From: Myxococcales bacterium
GTDB lineage: Bacteria; Myxococcota_A; UBA9042; JABWCM01; BTVJ01
Assembly (NCBI GenBank): GCA_045863395.1
Contig: BTVJ01000006.1
Span: 96,001 to 160,000, forward strand
Reading direction: 5' to 3'
DNA length: 64,000 bases
The notes beneath the pieces were generated by a model. It did not search any database and had not been told where the DNA came from. It saw only the letters and a program-made list of their open reading frames with translations. This document shows positions 8,709-17,878 of this stretch, piece after piece (positions within the stretch are counted from its first letter, which is position 1; each line of letters opens with the position of its first letter). A program made the translations under genes and the position numbers.

Positions 8709-10283
8709 ATGAGACGCCTGCTTTCGATCACCCTCTGTGCCGCCGCCGCCACCCTGCTCGCCCCCCAGACCGAAGCGCGGAGTCCCCGCGACGACGACGA
8801 GGAGCGCCCCTCGCCGTCACCAGCTCACATGAAGGTCTACGACTTCTCCAGCATCGAGGTCATGGGCGAGCTGGGCGTGACCGCCGGTGGCGCCCAGGAC
8901 ATCCGCTTCTTCCGGGACCGCGCCGCCTCTGGGGAGGTGCCCCACCCGGCGGTGTTCACGCCCGAGGGCCTCTTCAGCGAGCACGACCTGCCCTTGGAGT
9001 CGCGTGGCCCGTGCCGCGAGCTGGTCTGCGCCTTCGGTGAAGCCAGCGACGCCCGCCTGCTGGTGCAGCCCGAGGTGCTCTGGCTCGCGCAGCTCGGCTT
9101 CTCGTCCGGAATGGATCCCGCCACGTTTCGACGCGCCCCGCTGAACCTCGTCGCAGTGGTCGACAAGTCCGGCTCCATGAGCGGGCAGCCCATGGAGATG
9201 GTGAAGAAGGCGCTCCACAAGCTCGCGGACCAGCTCGACGACCGCGACCGGCTCCAGATCGTGCTCTACGGGGACACCTCGCACGTGCACCTGGAGGCGA
9301 CCGGGGGCGCCGAGAAGGGGCGGCTGCACAGCGCCATCGACGCCATCGCCATCAACGGGTCCACGTACATGGAGGCAGGCCTGAAGCTCGGCTTCGCGGA
9401 GGCCCGCAAGAGCGCCGCGCGCTTCGACGGCCTGACCCGCGTGATGCTCTACACCGACGAGCGCCCGAACGTCGGGCGCACGGACGCCGAGTCCTTCATG
9501 GGCATGGCGGAGGCCAACTCCCGGGCCGGCATCGGGATGACCACCATCGGCGTGGGGGTCCAGTTCGGGGCCGAGCTGGCGACGAAGATCAGCAGCGTCC
9601 GTGGCGGCAACCTCTTCTTCTTCAATGACGACGCGGCCATCGAGAAGACCTTCGGCGAGGAGCTCGACACCATCGTCACCGAGCTGGCCTACGACATGGC
9701 GCTGGAGGTGCGGCCGGCGCCAGGCCTCAAGATCGCGGGCATGTACGGGATCCCGGGTGAGGCGCTCCAGTGGACCCCCGAGGGCGGGCTGAAGGTCCAG
9801 ATCGCCACCATGTTCGCGAGCAAGCGGGCCGGGGCGATCTACGTGGCGTTCTCGTCGGAGGCGGGGCCGAACCTGCCTGCGCGTCGCCTGGAGCGGGGGG
9901 ACTCGGCGGGCTCCGTGTCCCTGGTCTACACGCTGCGCGACGGCCGGGTGGTCTCGGGGGCCGCGGACCTCACGTATGTGGCTCCCGGGCAGACGAGCAC
10001 GGGCTTGTTCCGGGGCGCGCTCCTCGTGAACCAGGCGACCGCGCTGAAGGAGGCGACGCGGCTTCATCACGAGAAGAACGACCAGGAGGGCGCCTACCAG
10101 CTCGTACACGCCGTGGCGTCCATCTACCGGCAGATCGCGGACGAGGAGCTGCGGTCGGAGGTGGAGCTCACGGAGAACCTGGAGCGGACGCTTGCGAAGC
10201 TGTCCGGGCACGAGGGCGAGCCGTCGAGCGTCCGCCCGGGCCCGCGAATCAACCCGGTGACCGGGCTGCCCGCCGAGGACTGA
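8709..10283 (+). CDS. Secreted von Willebrand factor A domain protein (YfbK-like)
   Basis: Signal peptide; RAPLNLVAVVDKSGSMSG (MIDAS DxSxS), GSTYMEAGL, VMLYTDERPNVG, TTIGVG. GGAGG RBS. Confidence 0.85.
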   Translation: MRRLLSITLCAAAATLLAPQTEARSPRDDDEERPSPSPAHMKVYDFSSIEVMGELGVTAGGAQDIRFFRDRAASGEVPHPAVFTPEGLFSEHDLPLESRGPCRELVCAFGEASDARLLVQPEVLWLAQLGFSSGMDPATFRRAPLNLVAVVDKSGSMSGQPMEMVKKALHKLADQLDDRDRLQIVLYGDTSHVHLEATGGAEKGRLHSAIDAIAINGSTYMEAGLKLGFAEARKSAARFDGLTRVMLYTDERPNVGRTDAESFMGMAEANSRAGIGMTTIGVGVQFGAELATKISSVRGGNLFFFNDDAAIEKTFGEELDTIVTELAYDMALEVRPAPGLKIAGMYGIPGEALQWTPEGGLKVQIATMFASKRAGAIYVAFSSEAGPNLPARRLERGDSAGSVSLVYTLRDGRVVSGAADLTYVAPGQTSTGLFRGALLVNQATALKEATRLHHEKNDQEGAYQLVHAVASIYRQIADEELRSEVELTENLERTLAKLSGHEGEPSSVRPGPRINPVTGLPAED

Positions 10284-10305
10284 GCTCCTCCCACCCAGTG
10301 TCGCC

Positions 10306-11484
10306 CTAGCCAGACACCAGGCTGAACAGCCACCCAAGGCCCACCCAGGCGCCCATGGCCGACCCGAGCGTCGAGGCGACGGTGACCAGGAGGACACGGG
10401 TCGCGCGGTTCGCGTAGATGCCGCGGAGGCTCTCGATGGCGTGGGGGATGGCCTCCGCGTCTTCGACGGTGGGCTTTCGCAGCCACGCCTCCAGGAGTCC
10501 CACGACCAGACCCGCCGGGACCATGGGGTTCAGGGACGTGATGGGTGAGGCGATGAAGCCCGCGAGCACCGACAGGGGCTTGCCGCCGGCGATGGCGGTC
10601 AGCAGGGCGCAGAAGATGGAGTTGGGCAGGATCCAGGCCGTGAGCACCTGCCGGAAGGACTCGACGTGCTGCGCCTGGGCGCCCCGCCAGAACAGGTAGA
10701 GGATCAGCGCCGGGAGGATCCACTTGACCACCTGGGTCCACCGCGCCGGGGGAGGCAGGACGTCCAGCTTGGCGCGGTCCACCTCCGTGTGGAGGTGGCG
10801 GATCATGCCCCCCACGTGGGCGGCCCCCACCACCGCCACCAGGCGAGCGCCCTCCGCAGCTCGGATGCCGGCGATCATGTAGCGGTCCCGCTCGTCGATC
10901 AGCGGCTCCTTGACCTCGGGGAGCATCTTGCCGAGCTCCTCCATGGCCTGGGAGAGGCTGGCGTTGTCCTTCAGCTTCTCGATGTCCTTGGACTCGATCT
11001 CGCCCTCCTCGCCGCCGGCCAGGAAGGCACCGAGGAGCTTCGCCTTGCTCAGGAACGACAGGTTCCGCCACGTCCGCTTGAGCGTGATGTGGACGTCCCG
11101 ATCGATGAGGACCACCTTCGCGCCGATGGCGGTCGCCTCCTCCGTCGCCGCGAGCAGCTCGGCGCCGGGTTTGACGCCGAGGCGGTCTCCCAGGCGCTTC
11201 TGCCACGCCGCGATGGCGAGGCTCACGAGCAGGAACAGCGTCTTGCCCTCGCGGATGACCTTGAACACGTCCAGGCGACGCCACCGGCTGTCGTCGGTCA
11301 GGGCCTCGTAGCGGCCCTGGTCCAGCTCCACGCAGACCGTGTCAGGGCGCAGGTCGCGGATCACCTGGCGTACCTCGTGGACGCTCGCCTCCGAGACGTG
11401 CGCCGTGCCGACCAGGTGCACGAGGCGCCCGTCCACGTCGATGATCCGGATGTTGTCGGGGAGCGCCGGCGCGTCCTGGTCCAT
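10306..11484 (-). CDS. TraB/PrgY (TraB/GumN, pheromone-shutdown) family protein
   Basis: VHLVGTAHVS..SVHEV...RPDTVCVELDQGRY, KPGAELLAA, LIDERDRYM, VAVVGAAHVGG, with C-terminal TM helices (PITSLNP). Confidence 0.9.
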   Translation of the reverse strand: MDQDAPALPDNIRIIDVDGRLVHLVGTAHVSEASVHEVRQVIRDLRPDTVCVELDQGRYEALTDDSRWRRLDVFKVIREGKTLFLLVSLAIAAWQKRLGDRLGVKPGAELLAATEEATAIGAKVVLIDRDVHITLKRTWRNLSFLSKAKLLGAFLAGGEEGEIESKDIEKLKDNASLSQAMEELGKMLPEVKEPLIDERDRYMIAGIRAAEGARLVAVVGAAHVGGMIRHLHTEVDRAKLDVLPPPARWTQVVKWILPALILYLFWRGAQAQHVESFRQVLTAWILPNSIFCALLTAIAGGKPLSVLAGFIASPITSLNPMVPAGLVVGLLEAWLRKPTVEDAEAIPHAIESLRGIYANRATRVLLVTVASTLGSAMGAWVGLGWLFSLVSG

Positions 11485-11584
11485 GTTCCCTCTCCGTGTG
11501 GACGCGACTGTCTATCACCGACCGGTGGATGCGGCAACCACCGCAGGGTGGACAGCGCCGGCGCCTTCGGGCAGGGTAGGGCGC

Positions 11585-12070
11585 ATGGGCATCCTGGCGC
11601 TGCTGTTCATCGTCGTCCCCATCGTGGAGCTGAGCCTGCTCGTCCGCATCGGCGCGCGTATCGGCTTTCTCCCCACCGTCGCGCTCGTCATCGCGACGGG
11701 CGTCCTCGGCGCCGGCCTGGCGAAGTGGCAGGGCACGGGGGTCATCCGCCAGATGAAGGGGGAGCTCCTGCGAGGCCACCTGCCGGCGGAGTCCCTCGTC
11801 GATGGGGCCATCCTGCTGGTCGCCGCGCTCCTGCTGATCACGCCCGGTGTGCTAACGGACCTCGTTGGGCTCCTGTGCCTCGTGCCGCCGATCCGGGCCA
11901 TGGTGCGGGAGCGGGTGTGGAAGCAGGTCAAGGAGGCGGTGCGGGTGCAGCAGGTGCGCATCGTCGGCGGGGACCCCTTCGCGCGTCCCGGCGACGTGAT
12001 CATCGAGGGCGAGTCGGAGGTGGTGGAGTCACACCGGGATCCGCGTCTTCAGCCCCCGAGGAGCGAGTAG
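11585..12070 (+). CDS. fxsA: FxsA family membrane protein
   Basis: LFIVVPIVELSLLVRIGARIGFLPTVALVIATGVLG...LLLITPGVLTDLVGLLCLVPP...VIIEGE. Confidence 0.88.
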   Translation: MGILALLFIVVPIVELSLLVRIGARIGFLPTVALVIATGVLGAGLAKWQGTGVIRQMKGELLRGHLPAESLVDGAILLVAALLLITPGVLTDLVGLLCLVPPIRAMVRERVWKQVKEAVRVQQVRIVGGDPFARPGDVIIEGESEVVESHRDPRLQPPRSE

Positions 12071-12525
12071 ACGACGTCGGCGCGGCGCACCAGCCACTCG
12101 CTGCCCTGTTTGCGGAGCTGGAGGCGGATTCGCCGGTGCGCGCGCACCTCCGCGTCGTCGGGATCCACGCGGCCCCCCTCACCCGCCAGGTCCACGCGGA
12201 TCTTGACTGTCGCCGTGCCCGCGTCCTTGTCCAGCTCGATGTCCAGGTTGCTGATCACCACGTCAAGGGAGTCCACCCGGTCCGTGATGCGGAACACGCG
12301 GTCCGTGATGCCCTCGCGGTCGTGCCCATACGGATCGGAGTAGTCGAGGGTGAGCCCGTCGAGGAAGGCGTCTGTGTCGCCGTTCTCCACGGCGGCCTCC
12401 AGCGCGGCGACGCGGGCCTCTATGGCAAGCCGGTCCGGGTCGGGCCGGGTGAGCCACGCCCAGATGCCCCAGCCCGCCAGCACGGCGATGACCGCGATGG
12501 CCACGTGGCGCGGCGAGATGGTCAT
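12049..12525 (-). CDS. Membrane-anchored NTF2/SnoaL-like fold protein
   Basis: N-terminal TM helix, then AIEARVAALEAAVENGDTDAFLDGLTLDYSD...LRKQGSEWLVRRA, a pattern typical of NTF2-like domains. Confidence 0.6.
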   Translation of the reverse strand: MTISPRHVAIAVIAVLAGWGIWAWLTRPDPDRLAIEARVAALEAAVENGDTDAFLDGLTLDYSDPYGHDREGITDRVFRITDRVDSLDVVISNLDIELDKDAGTATVKIRVDLAGEGGRVDPDDAEVRAHRRIRLQLRKQGSEWLVRRADVVYSLLGG

Positions 12526-12550
12526 CTCAGGGGGCTCCGGGGATGGGGGG

Positions 12551-12634
12551 TGCCGAAGGTGGGACTCGAACCCACACACCCTTGCGGGTACCGGATTTTG
12601 AGTCCGGCGCGTCTACCGGTTTCACCACTTCGGC
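12551..12634 (-). tRNA. tRNA-Leu (anticodon CAA); CCA end not encoded
   Basis: Reverse complement GCCGAAGTGGTGAAACCGGTAGACGCGCCGGACTCAAAATCCGGTACCCGCAAGGGTGTGTGGGTTCGAGTCCCACCTTCGGCA. Acceptor stem GCCGAAG/CTTCGGC, anticodon loop CT-CAA-AA, long variable arm, TTCGA T-loop. Confidence 0.97.
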
Positions 12635-12643
12635 ATGGCGGGC

Positions 12644-12672
12644 ATGATCTTCGCGACCGTGGAGCGTGTCAA
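12644..12672 (-). promoter_or_regulatory. Putative sigma70-type promoter of tRNA-Leu
   Basis: Minus strand: TTGACA (12672-12667), 17-nt spacer, GATCAT (12649-12644), 9 nt before the tRNA 5' end. Confidence 0.5.
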
Positions 12673-13400
12673 GAGGCATCCAGGCTTTGGCCGCCGTCCA
12701 CGTGCAGAGTCGTACCCGTGATGAACTGCGCGGCCTCAGAGGCAAGGAAGGCGACGACGGCGCCCACCTCCCACGGAGTGCCCAGGCGGCCCACGGGGAC
12801 GTCGGGCTTGTCCACGCCGTCCGCCTCCCAAGGGCAGCGCTCGAAGGCGCTCGTGTCGATGGCGCCCAGTGCCACCGCGCTCACGCGCACGCCCTGGCGC
12901 ACCCAGCGGCCAGCCAGCCGGCGCGTCAGCTCCTCGATGGGGGCCACCCGGGCGGCGCGGGTGTCGTCGCAGCAGGCGTCCACCAGGTTGACGATGGCGC
13001 CGCTCGCGCGGGAGAGCAGCGGCTGAACGGCCCGGCAGTAGGACGCGACGCCCTCCACCACCGTGTCGAAGGAGCCGTTGCCTTCGTCGTGGCGGGCGAC
13101 GGTCACCAGCAGGTCCAGGTGGCCGTGGACGGTCTCCAGCTCCTCCACCAGCTCGCCGAGGGAGTCGGCGCTCTGCGGGTCGGAGTCGAAGCCGGACACG
13201 GGGCCGCCCTCGCTCGTGAGCTCCCGAAACCAGGTGTCCAGGCCGCCGATGCGGGACCCGGTCAGGATCACCTCGGCGCCCAGGCGGGACAGGACTGCTG
13301 CGATGCCGCGGCCGATGCCAGAGTCGCCGCCCGTCACCAAGGCGACCTTGCCCTCCAGCAGGCCCTCACGGAACGGCCTGGGGCCGTCGCTACCGTACAC
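12669..13400 (-). CDS. SDR family oxidoreductase, atypical (no YxxxK)
   Basis: GKVALVTGGDSGIGRGIA (Rossmann motif), GVRVSAVALGAIDT, PVGRLGTPWEVGAVVAFLASEAAQFITGTTLHVDGG. Confidence 0.8.
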   Translation of the reverse strand: MYGSDGPRPFREGLLEGKVALVTGGDSGIGRGIAAVLSRLGAEVILTGSRIGGLDTWFRELTSEGGPVSGFDSDPQSADSLGELVEELETVHGHLDLLVTVARHDEGNGSFDTVVEGVASYCRAVQPLLSRASGAIVNLVDACCDDTRAARVAPIEELTRRLAGRWVRQGVRVSAVALGAIDTSAFERCPWEADGVDKPDVPVGRLGTPWEVGAVVAFLASEAAQFITGTTLHVDGGQSLDAS

Positions 13401-13467
13401 GATGGATGTCCTCGTCGCGGGTTTGTCCCTCGGGGCGGTGCGCCGCAGCCTCTCCGAGGAGCAGCCA

Positions 13468-13497
13468 AGCCTAGTCGAGTCCCGCGCGGGGTGTCAA
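13468..13497 (-). promoter_or_regulatory. Putative sigma70-type promoter of the SDR gene
   Basis: Minus strand: TTGACA (13497-13492), 18-nt spacer, TAGGCT (13473-13468). Confidence 0.45.
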
Positions 13498-13614
13498 CAC
13501 CGGCGCGCAGGGCGACACCGCGCAGGCGCCACTGGCGGGGCCGTCGCGCGGCCCCGGGTTGATCCTGCGAGGCCACGGGGGGCATAGTGGCCACCCTGCG
13601 ACAGGAGGCGACAC

Positions 13615-14442
13615 ATGCTCAGGACGAGGCAGCTCGGGGTCATCGGGGCGGGGAACATGGGGGAGGCGCTGCTGCGCGGCGTCCTGCACGGTGGGCTGAT
13701 CAACGCAGATCGGGTGCTGGCGTCGGCGCGGACGGAGGGGCGGCTTCGTGAGCTGCGGGACCGGCTCCACGTCCGGACCACCCTCGACAACGCCGCTGTC
13801 GTCGATGCCTCCGACGTGGTGGTCCTGGCGGTCAAACCCCAGGTCATGCCCGAGGTGCTGGGCCCCCTGCGGGGTCGCTTCCGGGCGAATCAGATCGTGC
13901 TCAGCGTCGCCGCGGGCATCACGACCGGGACCATCGAGGAGGCCCTCGGCGTGAGCGCTGCGGTCCTGCGGGCCATGCCGAACACGCCCGCGCTGGTGGG
14001 AGAGGGCGCCAGCGCCTACTGCCGGGGCCGCTGGGCGACCGCCGAGCACGCGCTGGTCACCCAGGCGATCCTGGACTCGGTGGGCATGGCCGTGGAGGTG
14101 GACGAGGCGCTCATGGACCCGGTCACCGCGGTCAGCGGGACGGGGCCCGCGTACATCTTCTATACGTTGGAGGCCATGATCGGCGGGGCCGTCGCCCTCG
14201 GGATCCCCGACGAGCTCGCCCGGCGCCTGGTCAAGCAGACCGTGCTCGGCGCCGCGCGGCTGGTCATGGACGCCGGCGAGGAGCCGGACCAGCTCCGCGC
14301 GAGGGTCACGTCCAAGGGTGGGACGACGGAGGCCGCGATCACGCACCTCGGGCAGAACGGGTACGCGGCGCTCGTCCAGGCCGCCATCGGTGCGGCCTGC
14401 CGGCGGGCCAACGAGCTGGGCGCCCGCAAGGAGGGAGCATGA
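13615..14442 (+). CDS. proC: Pyrroline-5-carboxylate reductase
   Basis: GVIGAGNMGEAL, VLAVKPQ, SVAAGI, RAMPNTPALVG, TAVSGTGPAY, VTSKGGTT. AGGAGG RBS. Confidence 0.96.
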   Translation: MLRTRQLGVIGAGNMGEALLRGVLHGGLINADRVLASARTEGRLRELRDRLHVRTTLDNAAVVDASDVVVLAVKPQVMPEVLGPLRGRFRANQIVLSVAAGITTGTIEEALGVSAAVLRAMPNTPALVGEGASAYCRGRWATAEHALVTQAILDSVGMAVEVDEALMDPVTAVSGTGPAYIFYTLEAMIGGAVALGIPDELARRLVKQTVLGAARLVMDAGEEPDQLRARVTSKGGTTEAAITHLGQNGYAALVQAAIGAACRRANELGARKEGA

Positions 14443-15590
14443 ACATCGAGGCGTTCGCGCGAGCATTTGCAGAGGCCGAGGCCCCGGGCATGCTCGCGGA
14501 GCTGGAGGCGGTGGTGAACGTCAACAGCGGCACCGCCAACCTCGCGGGCAACCGGGTCATGCTCGACTGCTTCGAGGCGCTGTTCCGGCGTTCGGGGCTG
14601 GAGCGGGGCGGTCAGGTGGAGGCGCATGGGCGCCCGCATCTGATCCTGACGGGCGGGGACGGGGACCGCCACATCCTGCTCGTTGGGCACGTGGACACCG
14701 TGTTCCCCGAGGGCCACCCCTTCCAGCGCTTCGAGGTGCGGGGTGAGCGGGCGCACGGGCCTGGCGTCAACGACATGAAGGGTGGGCTCATCGTGGCGGC
14801 GGCGACGGTGCGCGCCCTCGGCGAGCTTGGGGCGCTGGGGCGCACGCGGGTGACGGCCTTCCTGAATAGCGACGAGGAGGTCCAGTCGCCCACGTCCAAG
14901 GCGCTGCTCCTGGATCTGTGCGCCCGGGAGCGCTTCGACATGGCGCTGGTCTTCGAGGGCGGCCGCAAGACCGGGGCGCTGGTCAGGGCCCGCAAGGGGG
15001 TCGGGAAGTACGTGCTCGCCTCGCAGGGGCGGGCGGCTCACTCGGGCATGAGCCACGAGGCCGGCATCAACGCCATCGAAGAGCTTGCGGCGAAGGTCGG
15101 TCCCATCCAGGCGCTGACCGACTATGACAAGGGGGTGACCCTGAACGTGGGGACGTTCCACGGTGGGGTGGGGCGCAACACGGTGCCCCCGGAGGCCCGC
15201 TGCGAGGTGGACGTGCGCATCTGGCGCCCGGAGGACGCCGCACCGGTGGACGAGGCCCTGCGCAGGATTGCTGCGCAGGTGCGGCTCGCTGGGGCTTCGA
15301 CGACCATCGAGGGCGGCATCGGGCGCCCGCCCTGGCCGGTCAACGAGGCGAGCGACCGCCTGGTGGGGCTCTGGGCGGCCGCTGGCGAGGCACTTGGTGT
15401 GTGTGTGGAGGCGGAGGCTACCGGAGGCGGCAGCGACGGCAACTTCACCCACCAGGTGGGGATCCCCACCCTCGACGCCCTGGGACCCCAGGGGGGGCAC
15501 CCCCACACCCCGGAGGAGTACATCGAGATCGCGAGCCTGGAGTCCCGCGTGGCGCTGCACACGGTGGCGCTGGCGCGCTGGCTCGACTGA
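14439..15590 (+). CDS. M20 family metallopeptidase (glutamate carboxypeptidase/CPG2-like)
   Basis: GHVDTVFP, GPGVNDMKGG, NSDEE, VFEG, GRAAHSG, GGGSDGNF, GGHPHTPEEY. Coupled to proC by an ATGA overlap. Confidence 0.9.
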   Translation: MNIEAFARAFAEAEAPGMLAELEAVVNVNSGTANLAGNRVMLDCFEALFRRSGLERGGQVEAHGRPHLILTGGDGDRHILLVGHVDTVFPEGHPFQRFEVRGERAHGPGVNDMKGGLIVAAATVRALGELGALGRTRVTAFLNSDEEVQSPTSKALLLDLCARERFDMALVFEGGRKTGALVRARKGVGKYVLASQGRAAHSGMSHEAGINAIEELAAKVGPIQALTDYDKGVTLNVGTFHGGVGRNTVPPEARCEVDVRIWRPEDAAPVDEALRRIAAQVRLAGASTTIEGGIGRPPWPVNEASDRLVGLWAAAGEALGVCVEAEATGGGSDGNFTHQVGIPTLDALGPQGGHPHTPEEYIEIASLESRVALHTVALARWLD

Positions 15591-15811
15591 CGGTGGGGGA
15601 CTGCGGCGAGGGTCCCTCTGTCACGCTCCCCGACTCCGCCGCGCCTCCCGGACAAGCTGCGCGACCTGACCCCCGAGGCCGTGGTGGGCGGCACCGACGC
15701 GGGCGACGCCCGAAAGAGTGTGGACACTCGGTAGCTTGACGAGGAACCGCTTCGCGGCGCGGGCTCTGTCGTGTATGAGCGACTCCCTACCCCTTCAACG
15801 GAGCAGCACCC

Positions 15812-17737
15812 ATGAGACCGTTCGACCTGCGCCAGTGTATGCGATATGGACTCGGGGTCGTGGCCACCCTCTCTCTGCTCGCCGGCTGTGCGTCCGAGGA
15901 CGAGCCGAGCGGCGCGGCGGATGCGGGCGTGGCCGATGCCACCACGGACACCGGCGGCACGGACGGTGGAGTGGACGGGGGCGCGGGAGACACTGGTGGA
16001 GCGGACACAGGGCCGGCGACGGACACGGGCCCTGTGACGGACAGCGGCCCAACGGACACGGGCCCCGGGGCGGACGTGACGGATGCGGGAGGGGGCGGCA
16101 CGGATGCGCAGGTCGACACGGTGCCGAGCGACGCAGCGGATGTCGCCGCCGACGCAGGCCCTGGGGTCCTCTGCGGCACGGGCAGCGCGGCGGCGCTGGC
16201 AGCTTGCGTCGATCAGCAGAAGTACGTGGCCGACCTGGAGGCCATCGAGGGGCACCGCCCCACCGAGTCCTCTCATTGGCAGGTGGTGCAGGACCTGTGC
16301 GCGACGCGCCTCGAGGAGCTCGGCTTCCAGGTGGAGCGCCAGGCCTACGGCAACGGCGTCAACGTCATCGGGACGCTGCTCGGCAAGACGCAGCCGGACA
16401 GCACCGTCCTCGTGGGGGCCCACTACGACGGCCAGCCCGGCTGCCCCGGTGCCGACGACAACGCCACCGGCGTGGCGGGGGCCCTGGAGGTGGCGCGCGT
16501 CCTGTCCTTGGCGGAGCACGACCGCACGCTGGTGGTCGCCTGCTGGGACGAGGAGGAGCGCGGGACCTACGGGTCCAGCGCGTGGGCCAACCAGGCCGGG
16601 GCCGAGGGCCGCCGCATCGTGATGGTCTTCAACTACGAGATGATCGGGTACTTCTCCAGCGAGCCGAACACCCAGACGTTCCCGCCGGGCTTCGGGGCCC
16701 TGTTCCCGGAGGCGGAGCAGACCATGATTGCGAACGACTGGCGTGGCGACTTCATCGGGCTCATCGCGGACGACTCCGCTCAGAAGCACATCGATGCCAT
16801 GGTGAAGCACGCGGCCGTCGCCGGGATCCACGCGGAGCCGGTGATCCTCAAGGGCGGTCTGAAGGAGAGCGCGCTGCTCAGCCAGCTTCGCCGCTCCGAC
16901 CACCGGGCCTTCTGGGACCAGGACTACCCGGCCGTGATGATCACCGACACGGCGGACTTCCGGAACAAGAACTACCACTGCCAGGGCGGTCCAGACGCGG
17001 TGAGCACTCTCGATCACGCGTCGACGGCTCGGGTCATCGCGGGGACCGTGGGCGCGGCGGCGGAGGCGCTGGTCGCCGGCGACCCGACCGAGGGGGGGGC
17101 GGGCCGCCCCTCCGTCTGCGACCCGGTCGCCCAGGACTGCGCCGGCGGCAAGAAGTGTGCGGTCACCGTCAACCCGGTGAACGTGTGGGTCAACGCTTGC
17201 GTGGACCAGCCAAAGGAGCCCGTTGGAAAGGGGGAGGTGTGCGTGCGGCCGACCAACAAAGTCGGAATCGACACCTGCGCTCCTGGCCTCTTCTGCACCT
17301 GGTGGGGTGTCGCCATGGCGGAGCCGCCCATCCGCCGCTGTTTCTCCACCTGCCAGGGCAGCGCCGACTGCACCGGCGACGAGGCGTGCATCCGGCCTCC
17401 GGCGTCGGCGCACAGCGGCCTGTGCCTTCCGACGTGCGATCCCTTCGACTCGGGGTGTGGCGAGGGGCTCACCTGCGCGCACCGGTTCCTGGCCTATGAT
17501 GACGCCACCACCGTCTACGCCTGCGAGCAGGCGGGGGCGGTGGGCGAGGGGGGCGCGTGCGAGCCGGACCTGAGCGAGTGCGGCGTGGGCCTCGCCTGTG
17601 CCCTCCACAAGGAGGAGGGCACCTGGTCCTGTCGTACCTGGTGCGACGCCGCCCATCCTTGTGCGGGGGCGCAGGACTGTGTGCCGATCATCAACCCCGG
17701 CGCCAAGCCGGGCATCGGGTTCTGCTGGCCGAAGTAG
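15812..17737 (+). CDS. M28 family metallopeptidase lipoprotein with Thr/Asp/Gly linker and Cys-rich C-terminal repeats
   Basis: Lipobox LAGC; VGAHYD, GADDNATGVA, DEEERG, NYEMIG, RSDH, NYHC. C-terminal region has many Cys (CDPVAQDC, CDPFDSGC). Confidence 0.88.
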   Translation: MRPFDLRQCMRYGLGVVATLSLLAGCASEDEPSGAADAGVADATTDTGGTDGGVDGGAGDTGGADTGPATDTGPVTDSGPTDTGPGADVTDAGGGGTDAQVDTVPSDAADVAADAGPGVLCGTGSAAALAACVDQQKYVADLEAIEGHRPTESSHWQVVQDLCATRLEELGFQVERQAYGNGVNVIGTLLGKTQPDSTVLVGAHYDGQPGCPGADDNATGVAGALEVARVLSLAEHDRTLVVACWDEEERGTYGSSAWANQAGAEGRRIVMVFNYEMIGYFSSEPNTQTFPPGFGALFPEAEQTMIANDWRGDFIGLIADDSAQKHIDAMVKHAAVAGIHAEPVILKGGLKESALLSQLRRSDHRAFWDQDYPAVMITDTADFRNKNYHCQGGPDAVSTLDHASTARVIAGTVGAAAEALVAGDPTEGGAGRPSVCDPVAQDCAGGKKCAVTVNPVNVWVNACVDQPKEPVGKGEVCVRPTNKVGIDTCAPGLFCTWWGVAMAEPPIRRCFSTCQGSADCTGDEACIRPPASAHSGLCLPTCDPFDSGCGEGLTCAHRFLAYDDATTVYACEQAGAVGEGGACEPDLSECGVGLACALHKEEGTWSCRTWCDAAHPCAGAQDCVPIINPGAKPGIGFCWPK

Positions 17738-17878
17738 CCGGAGCCATCCCGACGATCCTGCGAGCCGTGGCTGCCCTCGTGCGCCGAGGTGGCGGAGCCG
17801 CTGCGGGTGGAGATCCTTTGCGGGCCTCGACCGTGTCAGGCACGGTCGGTTGATGCAGACCCACGGAGGATGGACACC

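Noticed and set aside
10306..11484. TraB-family gene as evidence of conjugation or myxobacterial outer-membrane exchange
   Set aside because: The motifs are those of the TraB/PrgY/GumN family, unrelated to conjugative TraB or the OmpA-type TraB of TraAB. No transfer genes are nearby.
12551..12634. tRNA-Leu as an integration site for an island or prophage
   Set aside because: No integrase nearby, and I saw no duplicate of the tRNA 3' end elsewhere in the window.
14439..15590. M20 glutamate-carboxypeptidase-like gene as a PGA-degrading partner of the pgs operon
   Set aside because: It lies 6 kb away, on the other strand, coupled to proC and without a signal peptide. Nothing in the sequence supports a link.
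15690..15740. CGAAAGAGTG..GGAC segment resembling a c-di-GMP-I riboswitch upstream of the M28 peptidase
   Set aside because: The stem around GAAA does not pair properly and the GCAAA motifs and second hairpin are missing. An Infernal search against Rfam would be needed to rescue it.
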